Source: an uncultured Verrucomicrobiae bacterium | Lineage (GTDB): Bacteria; Verrucomicrobiota; Verrucomicrobiia; Chthoniobacterales; UBA10450 | Assembly (NCBI GenBank): GCA_963801815.1 | Contig: CAWDGJ010000002.1 | Span: 480,001-544,000, forward strand | DNA: 64,000 bases | Reading direction: 5' to 3' | Shown: positions 57,949 through 64,000 of the stretch, piece after piece | Layout of the letters: the number at the start of each line of letters is the position of its first letter | Position numbering within the stretch: the first letter of the stretch is position 1 | Program-made: the position numbers and the translations under genes | Notes under the pieces: model-generated | What the model saw: the letters and a program-made list of their open reading frames with translations, nothing else | Databases searched by the model: none | What the model was told of the DNA's origin: nothing

Positions 57949-58030
57949 ATACCGGAGACTGGACAGCGGATACCGGATAGAATATCTGCGCGGTTCACCC
58001 TTTCGGTATCCGGTCTCCGCTTTCCGGTAT
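57949..58030. repeat. Palindrome built from 7-bp tandem units
   Basis: ATACCGG AGACTGG ACAGCGG ATACCGG ... TCGGTAT CCGGTCT CCGCTTT CCGGTAT. Confidence 0.8.
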
Positions 58031-58099
58031 TAAGCCAATCTCTTGCTCGACAGAGGCACAATAGTTGGTTCAAATAGCGTCCCAACCTTTTTGCCGCTT

Positions 58100-58498
58100 A
58101 TGAGACAAATACCCAAAACTGAATTGTCGCCGGATAACGGCTGTATCATCGACATGAAATGGAAACTCGGGCCGCTCGGCTATCACCCCAGTGGCGCCGG
58201 CAAAGACAACATCGAGCCTTCCAAGGACATCCTCCGGCTGCCCGAGCTCGTTCTTTACGATCATATCGGTTTTAAAGGCGCCTACGCGCGAACCAACCTT
58301 AGTTTTCATTACATCGGCGATTTCTGGAACGATCGGATCAGCTGCGTCATCGTGGTCAGCGGCGTCTGGCGATTTTATCGGGACGAATATTACAAGGGCC
58401 CGTATTGGGACCTCGGCCCCGGTTACTACGAAAGCTTCTTCACTGCCAAGGGGCCCGACGATGTCGTCAGTTCTTTTCAGTGCATCGCGCTAACGTAG
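58100..58498 (+). CDS. Beta/gamma-crystallin domain protein
   Basis: Greek-key motifs LYDHIGFKG...WNDRISC and WRFYRDEYYKG...PG.Y...DDVVSS. Confidence 0.85.
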   Translation: MRQIPKTELSPDNGCIIDMKWKLGPLGYHPSGAGKDNIEPSKDILRLPELVLYDHIGFKGAYARTNLSFHYIGDFWNDRISCVIVVSGVWRFYRDEYYKGPYWDLGPGYYESFFTAKGPDDVVSSFQCIALT

Positions 58499-58641
58499 TG
58501 AACGATCATTCGCTACTCGCGCTCTTTGAAGGAAGCGTTATTCAATAATTTCAAGCCGGAAGCCGCGGCATTACCCCCTGCTGCTAGGTTTTATTTCGCC
58601 GAACTGGTCGACGGATGCCACAACCCGAACGCCGACGGCCA

Positions 58642-59946
58642 ATGTCTATTGTTCGCCAAAACCTGATCGCTGGCTCGATCTGTTTCCTTTGCTTTCTGCT
58701 CTTTTACGGAATCACGGCGCGTGGCAAGCTTCAGGCGTCGGATGAAGCTGCAGTTTTCGCGAGTGGAATCTCACTCGCCACGAGCGGCCACTTGGCAATC
58801 GATCAACTGCGGCCGCTTCAAGCCCACGTGAACATCGGCGCCGAAGGACCGGACGGCCATCTTTATACCAAGTATTTTCCGGGAAATGTCTTCACTGTTG
58901 CGCTGATCTACAAGCTTACCGCGCGCGCCGACGATCAACCATATATCTGGTCGATAGAGATTGCGCCAAGTGCTACCGGCGCGTGGTGGGCGTTGCGCGT
59001 GAACGCATTCTGGGGCGCGCTCGGCATGACCGCGCTGTTGTTTCTCGTGCGGCGTTATTTCGGTTGGCGAACAGCAATCATCACAGTCGTGTTGATCGGA
59101 ACTTGTTCCGACTGGTGGTATCAATCGCGCGGACTTTACTCAGAAGTCGCTGCCGGAGCGTTACTGATCGCAAGCATGCATTTCGCCTTGTCGGACAGTC
59201 CATATCGCAGCGCCGCGGCGCTGGCATTGTCGATCTTGTTTCGGCCCACAAATTTGATCGCGGCGCCGTTTTGGATGATTGCATCGTGGCACAAGGGAAA
59301 GAGTGCGCTTTCCGCCTTTGTGATTATGGGCAGCCTCGCGCTACTGGCGATCTATAACTGGGCCCGCTTTGGGTCTCCCCTAAATTTTGGTTACCCGGAA
59401 GGTAATTTGAACGTCCCGTTTCTCACCGGATTGCACGCCATGTTTCTCAGCCCGGGACGTTCTCTCTTTGTCTATTCGCCGATCCTGCTGCTGGCGATTC
59501 CAGGCATATGGATTTTTTTCAAACGCGACCGTCGTCTTACCGTGCTTTGCTTATTTGTCGTTCTAGGTTACGCGGCGGTTGTCGCGTCGTGGGGACCACT
59601 CGGTTGGGGACTGAGTTGGGGAATGCGACTGATGACGCCGATACTGCCGGTGTTAGGCTTTTTAATGGCTGGCACAATCGACTACGTGTTTCGAAATAAG
59701 TGGGCGATTATTGTGCCGGTTGCGCTGGGTTTGATTGGATTTGCAATCCAGATCGCGGCCCTGCTCCGCGACCCGACGCACGTATTGATTGATCAAGTGC
59801 AAAGCGGCAACGTAAAATTCGAAGAGACGATCTACAGCGTGCGACATTGCTGGCTTGCGCTACAAATCGAGGCCGCCCGTCACTCTGAAGCGTGCGACCT
59901 GGATTCCTACACGTTACGGCGGCTGCTCACGAGTTGCCCGGACTAG
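58642..59946 (+). CDS. Polytopic GT-C-type membrane glycosyltransferase (PMT/ArnT-like)
   Basis: SDE after TM1, YTKY, YSE, RPTN, YNWARFG, SPGRSLFVYSP and WGMRL; many TM segments. Confidence 0.7.
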   Translation: MSIVRQNLIAGSICFLCFLLFYGITARGKLQASDEAAVFASGISLATSGHLAIDQLRPLQAHVNIGAEGPDGHLYTKYFPGNVFTVALIYKLTARADDQPYIWSIEIAPSATGAWWALRVNAFWGALGMTALLFLVRRYFGWRTAIITVVLIGTCSDWWYQSRGLYSEVAAGALLIASMHFALSDSPYRSAAALALSILFRPTNLIAAPFWMIASWHKGKSALSAFVIMGSLALLAIYNWARFGSPLNFGYPEGNLNVPFLTGLHAMFLSPGRSLFVYSPILLLAIPGIWIFFKRDRRLTVLCLFVVLGYAAVVASWGPLGWGLSWGMRLMTPILPVLGFLMAGTIDYVFRNKWAIIVPVALGLIGFAIQIAALLRDPTHVLIDQVQSGNVKFEETIYSVRHCWLALQIEAARHSEACDLDSYTLRRLLTSCPD

Positions 59947-60963
59947 GCTGCGGTTCTCGCGAGCTCGAACACTGCCTGCACGCAGCCCCAGGAGAGAGTG
60001 AAGCCAGAGCCTCCGTGGCCGTAATTGTGAATCACGGTTCGACCGTCGCGAAGTTTTTCTCTTTCCAGACGCACACCTGATTTTCGAAATGGACGAAGAC
60101 CAACGCGTTCGCGAAGCACGGGTGGAGAATCGATTTCTAAGACGCGCGCACATTCGGCGACGATCGCTTTGGTCGTCTTCGGATCGGGAATGAGAACATC
60201 GCTAGCGTCGTTCGTCCCGCCGAACACGCAATCGTTTGTCCGGGGGATCGCATACATAAGCGGCGCGTCGTCGCACACGATCGCGCAATTCAAATTGTCG
60301 GGTTTTGGAACGATCGCGACCTGCCCGCGATGCGGTTCGAGATCGGCGTCGTGCGCGAGTTCGCGCGCGCCGATCCCGGCGCAATTGATCACGAGATCGA
60401 ATTTTGGATCGACATCTTCGGGTTTCTCAAAGCAGACGCCGTTCTTGATTTCGCCGCCGGCTTTCTGAAAACGGTTGATGAGATAATCGAGGTAGATGGT
60501 GGTATCCATTAGAGGCACGCGGAGCGAAAAGCCGCTGGAAAAGTTATAGCCACTGGCCCGCGGCCCGTCGGCAACGGCGCGTAGCACCGTGCCTACACCG
60601 CCCAAATCGCGCGCCCAACTGGGAATTCCGATTTCGCCGTGTCGACAATATTGTCGGAGCTCGATCATCGAAACGCCGGTCTCCAAACTTGGCCGTTTAA
60701 AACGGTCAGGTTTTTGTCCCTCAGCAGATCGGATATCGCCAGCGAGATCGACCAGCACGTCGTAAGTCGCGAGCGCCCAGGGAATCACTTTCTCGGCCGG
60801 CTCTGCGTCGTAGGGAAACCAAAGCGCGGCCGCGGCGCCCGAGGTTGTTCGCGTACCGATTTCCTTCGCGAAAATCTGTACAAGAGAATCCGCGCTCGGC
60901 GAAGAGCACGCCGCAAGTCAGTCCTGAAGCGCCTGCGCCGATAATGGCCACGGATTTCGCCAT
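59943..60963 (-). CDS. D-amino-acid oxidase family FAD enzyme (+1 frameshift near 60882)
   Basis: Motifs IIGAGASGL, TTSGAAAALW, INCAGIGA, PHRGQ, GLRP and IHNYGHGGSGFTLSWG. Confidence 0.9.
60545..60599. repeat. REP-like element in-frame in the D-amino-acid oxidase gene
   Basis: TAGCCAC...ACGGCGCGTAGCACCGTGCCTACA encodes GVGTVLRAVADGPRASGY and matches intergenic 34852-34877. Confidence 0.7.
60686..60712. repeat. 27-bp palindromic element, copy 3 (in-frame in D-amino-acid oxidase)
   Basis: AACTTGGCCG-TTTAAAA-CGGTCAGGTT encodes KPDRFKRPSL. Confidence 0.75.
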
Positions 60964-60972
60964 GGAGAAATT

Positions 60973-61030
60973 TGTAGGGCAGGCGCGCCACCTGCCAACT
61001 TAAAAACGCGACCGGAGCGATTGCTCTACA
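60973..61030. repeat. REP-like element
   Basis: TGTAGGGCAGGCG-cgc-CACCTGCC...TGCTCTACA with TGTAG/CTACA termini. Confidence 0.75.
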
Positions 61031-61108
61031 ATTTTTCGGCGGCTAACGTAAATTTGGCTCGCGCTAAAGGGCTCGTAAGAAGGCGACGACTCAGGTAGGA
61101 TTAAAGGG

Positions 61109-62200
61109 ATGGTTTCATTGAATCGAAACGGGCTCACCAACAAGGTTCTCGAAGGCAAACGAATTTCGCCGGACGAGGCGATGCAGCTCTACGGTTTGCC
61201 ACTGGAAGAGCTTGGTGCGCTGGCCAACGCGCGCCGAAATCGGGCCAAAGAAAAAAGTTACGGCGGACGCGGACGCGAGATCGTGACTTACATCGCCGAC
61301 CGCAACATCAATTATACTAACGTCTGCAACGTTTACTGTAAATTTTGCGCGTTCTATCGGACCGAGCGCGACGAAGACCACTACGTGCTGTCCCTGGAGC
61401 AGATCGACCAAAAACTCGACGAACTTTCGGCCGCCGGCGGAGTTCAAATCCTGATGCAAGGCGGACATCACCCGAAACTGCCGTTTCAGTGGTATGTCGA
61501 TCTTCTGCAGCACATCAGAACGAAATATCCGCACATCAACATTCACGGATTCAGTCCGCCGGAGTTCCAGCATTTCGCCGAAACTTTCCGGATGCCACTA
61601 CGCGAGGTAATTTCCGAGTTCAAAAAAGCCGGGCTTGGCTCGATCCCCGGCGGTGGTGGCGAGATCCTGGTCGACCGGGTCCGGAAGAAAATCTCACCGT
61701 TAAAAATCAACAGCGACCAATGGCTCGAGGTAATGGAGGTGGCGCACGAGCTTGGTTTGAAATCGAGCGCGACCATGATGTTCGGACACGTAGAGACGGC
61801 GGAGGAGCGAGTGGAACATTTGCGACGAATCCGCGATCAACAGGACCGGAGCGGCGGATTCACCGCGTTCATCTGCTGGACGTTTCAGCCGCAGCACACC
61901 GTGTTGAAGGTGCAACAGCCCACCGGCGTGTCGGAGTATTTGCGAATGCAGGCATTGTCGCGCATTTTTTTAGACAATATTGACAACATTCAGAGCTCGT
62001 GGGTGACGCAGGGGCCCGGCATTGGGCAGATTGCGCTCAATTACGGAGCGAACGATTTTGGGTCGGTGATGATGGAAGAGAACGTAGTGAGCGCCGCAGG
62101 GACAACTTTTCGCCTCGACGCGACACAAATTGAATCGCTCATCCGCGATGCCGGATATGAACCGCGCCGGCGAAATAACGTTTACGAACTGTTGAACTGA
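61109..62200 (+). CDS. mqnC: Cyclic dehypoxanthinyl futalosine synthase (radical SAM)
   Basis: Motifs DRNINYTNVCNVYCKFCAFYR, LMQGGHHP, SIPGGGGEIL, ATMMFGH, QSSWVTQG and GANDFGS..MEENVV. Confidence 0.88.
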   Translation: MVSLNRNGLTNKVLEGKRISPDEAMQLYGLPLEELGALANARRNRAKEKSYGGRGREIVTYIADRNINYTNVCNVYCKFCAFYRTERDEDHYVLSLEQIDQKLDELSAAGGVQILMQGGHHPKLPFQWYVDLLQHIRTKYPHINIHGFSPPEFQHFAETFRMPLREVISEFKKAGLGSIPGGGGEILVDRVRKKISPLKINSDQWLEVMEVAHELGLKSSATMMFGHVETAEERVEHLRRIRDQQDRSGGFTAFICWTFQPQHTVLKVQQPTGVSEYLRMQALSRIFLDNIDNIQSSWVTQGPGIGQIALNYGANDFGSVMMEENVVSAAGTTFRLDATQIESLIRDAGYEPRRRNNVYELLN

Positions 62201-62340
62201 ACGCCCTTTCACGCTGTCTATAAATGACGCCTTAACCACTTTCGACGAAATCCTGCCTTGACGATCGCCGCCTTCTCCTCTAATTCCCGCCTGTCCCGCG
62301 CCCGTTTCTGCGCCGCGCGGGATTCGGCATTTTGATTGTT

Positions 62341-64000
62341 ATGAGAGAATTCTGGGGCATGGGGCGGGGCTGGACGTTAGCGATGCTTTTGGCCGCCTCC
62401 GCGATATGGTTTGGCACGGCGTCCGCCGCACACGGACAAGGTGCGCCGATCATCCGTTCGATTGACGTCCAATATTCCGGCCCGGCCACGGTCGCCAAGG
62501 ACCGGATCTTGGCGCAAATGCGCACTGCAGTTGGTCAACCCTACTCGGATTCAACGGTGGAGGACGACATTCGCAATCTTTACAAAACAGGCACGATTCA
62601 AAACGTGCGAATCTTCGCGCAACCGGAAGGCGACGGCGTGAAAGTGATTGTGGCGGTGCAGACGCGGCCCGTCATTCGAGAGCTGGTCATCGACGGCGCA
62701 CATCGCGTAGCCGCAAAGAAACTGCGCAAAGAGATTTCGGTAAGACTTAACGCCCCGGTGAATGAGGACAGCCTGCAAAAGGCGCGGCAGAAGATTATCG
62801 ATATTTATCAGAGCAAGGGTTTCACCGACGTGACAGTCGATTTCCGGACCGAACCGATCGATGAAAGCAAAGGAACGGCCCGGGTGATTTACACGGTGAA
62901 CGAAGGCGAGAAGGGCGCGGTAAAAGAAGTCCAGTTCGAGGGCAACGAGCATTTCAGCGAGCGCATGCTACGCAAGCAAATGAAAACGCGTGGAAAAACG
63001 TTGCTCAATTTCGTCGATAAATCGGGACGCCTGGATGAAGTCCAGCTCGGACAGGACCTCGATAAGATCAAGGAGTTTTATCAAAACCACGGCTACATCG
63101 ACGTGGAGGTGCAGGAACTAAAGCGAGAGCGCAAGAAAGGGCCACTCATCATCACAATTGGGATCAAGGAAGGGACTGAGTACCACGTCAACAAACTCAC
63201 TTTCGAAGGCTACAAGCAGACGACGGAGCAAAAAATCCGACTGCTCCTGAAGATGAAGGAGGGCAGTGTTTACTCGCCAAAACAGTTGCACGATGACGCG
63301 AGAGCAGTGGCCGATGCTTATGGTCAGGGCGGATATGCCGATCTCGTAATATTGCCACAGGGAACGCCGGCGGGCCCGGGCTTAATTAACGTCCATTACA
63401 AGATCGAGGAAGGCAATCGCTCGTACGTCGAGCGGATCGACATCATCGGCAATACCCGGACCAAGGATAAAGTAATTCGGCGCGAGATTCTGATCGCACC
63501 TGGCGACGTGTTCAACACTGTCCGAGTCGACACGACCAAGAAGCGACTGGAGAACCTTGGCTTCTTCTCCAAGGTGGATGCTTATCCAGAAGACACTGGA
63601 GTTGAAGGCCGCAAAGATCTGGTGGTTCAAGTGGAAGAAAAACGCACCGGCTCGCTTAACTTCGGCGCGGGTTACAGCACGATCGATTCGTTGATTGGGT
63701 TCGTGGAACTGACCCAGACTAACTTCGATATTACAAATTGGCCGGGACTCACTGGCGGCGGCGAAAAATTCCGCGCCAAGGCACAGGTCGGTTCCCAGAG
63801 AAAAGATTTCGTTGTTTCTTTGACTGAGCCGTATTTTCTCGACCGCCGGCTTTCATTGAACGGTCAGGCGTTCTATTCGGACGCCACTTATCTCAGCTCC
63901 GTTTACGACCAGCGGAACTACGGGTTTTCTACTGAACTGCGGAAGCCGCTCTTTTCGTGGGTCTATGGCGTGCTCGGCTACAGTCTGCAGAACTACGAGA
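62341..64000 (+). CDS. bamA: Outer-membrane protein assembly factor (3' end runs off the window)
   Basis: Manual translation, spot-checked in frame to the window end: signal peptide, POTRA repeats (DIRNLYKTG, YQSKGF, FYQNHGY, GNTRTKDKVIRRE), then barrel start TGSLNFGAGYS and TEPYF. Confidence 0.96.
   Translation, partial: MREFWGMGRGWTLAMLLAASAIWFGTASAAHGQGAPIIRSIDVQYSGPATVAKDRILAQMRTAVGQPYSDSTVEDDIRNLYKTGTIQNVRIFAQPEGDGVKVIVAVQTRPVIRELVIDGAHRVAAKKLRKEISVRLNAPVNEDSLQKARQKIIDIYQSKGFTDVTVDFRTEPIDESKGTARVIYTVNEGEKGAVKEVQFEGNEHFSERMLRKQMKTRGKTLLNFVDKSGRLDEVQLGQDLDKIKEFYQNHGYIDVEVQELKRERKKGPLIITIGIKEGTEYHVNKLTFEGYKQTTEQKIRLLLKMKEGSVYSPKQLHDDARAVADAYGQGGYADLVILPQGTPAGPGLINVHYKIEEGNRSYVERIDIIGNTRTKDKVIRREILIAPGDVFNTVRVDTTKKRLENLGFFSKVDAYPEDTGVEGRKDLVVQVEEKRTGSLNFGAGYSTIDSLIGFVELTQTNFDITNWPGLTGGGEKFRAKAQVGSQRKDFVVSLTEPYFLDRRLSLNGQAFYSDATYLSSVYDQRNYGFSTELRKPLFSWVYGVLGYSLQNYE

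Noticed and set aside
58054..58069. Sigma-54-like site AGGCACAATAGTTGGT upstream of the crystallin gene
   Set aside because: The -24 half is good, but the -12 position is GG rather than GC.

Overview
Gene-dense bacterial chromosome segment, mostly housekeeping, centred on dnaA-dnaN and a probable oriC (~24.25-24.79 kb). Gene content and protein style suggest a Verrucomicrobiota (Chthoniobacterales-like) genome; this is inference. Core genes include rpoN (partial), an NtrC-family regulator, a PBP2-like transpeptidase, uvrC, folD, ubiX, mtnP, miaB, dnaN, dnaA, def, two Ton/Tol motor clusters, ogg, aspS-hisS, galE, mscL, leuS, rdgB, a SahR-like regulator with metK-ahcY, glpX, mqnC and bamA (partial). 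I found no rRNA, tRNA, CRISPR array, transposase or prophage. Nine genes, including essential dnaA and aspS, carry about 13 frameshifts. Nearly all are +1 insertions, mostly in short homopolymers, and are best explained as long-read assembly errors. The least explained signal is a set of small palindromic repeat families found both between genes and in-frame inside proteins (ogg, D-amino-acid oxidase, uvrC, a metal-binding outer-membrane protein, possibly leuS). One of these is a 27-bp AACTTG-N15-CA(A/G)GTT element seen three times in the same reading register. Also notable are a pair of small secreted coiled-coil paralogues ending in RI[YF]xKRG behind a sigma-54-type promoter next to rpoN, and a split CbiX/DR2241-like cluster.
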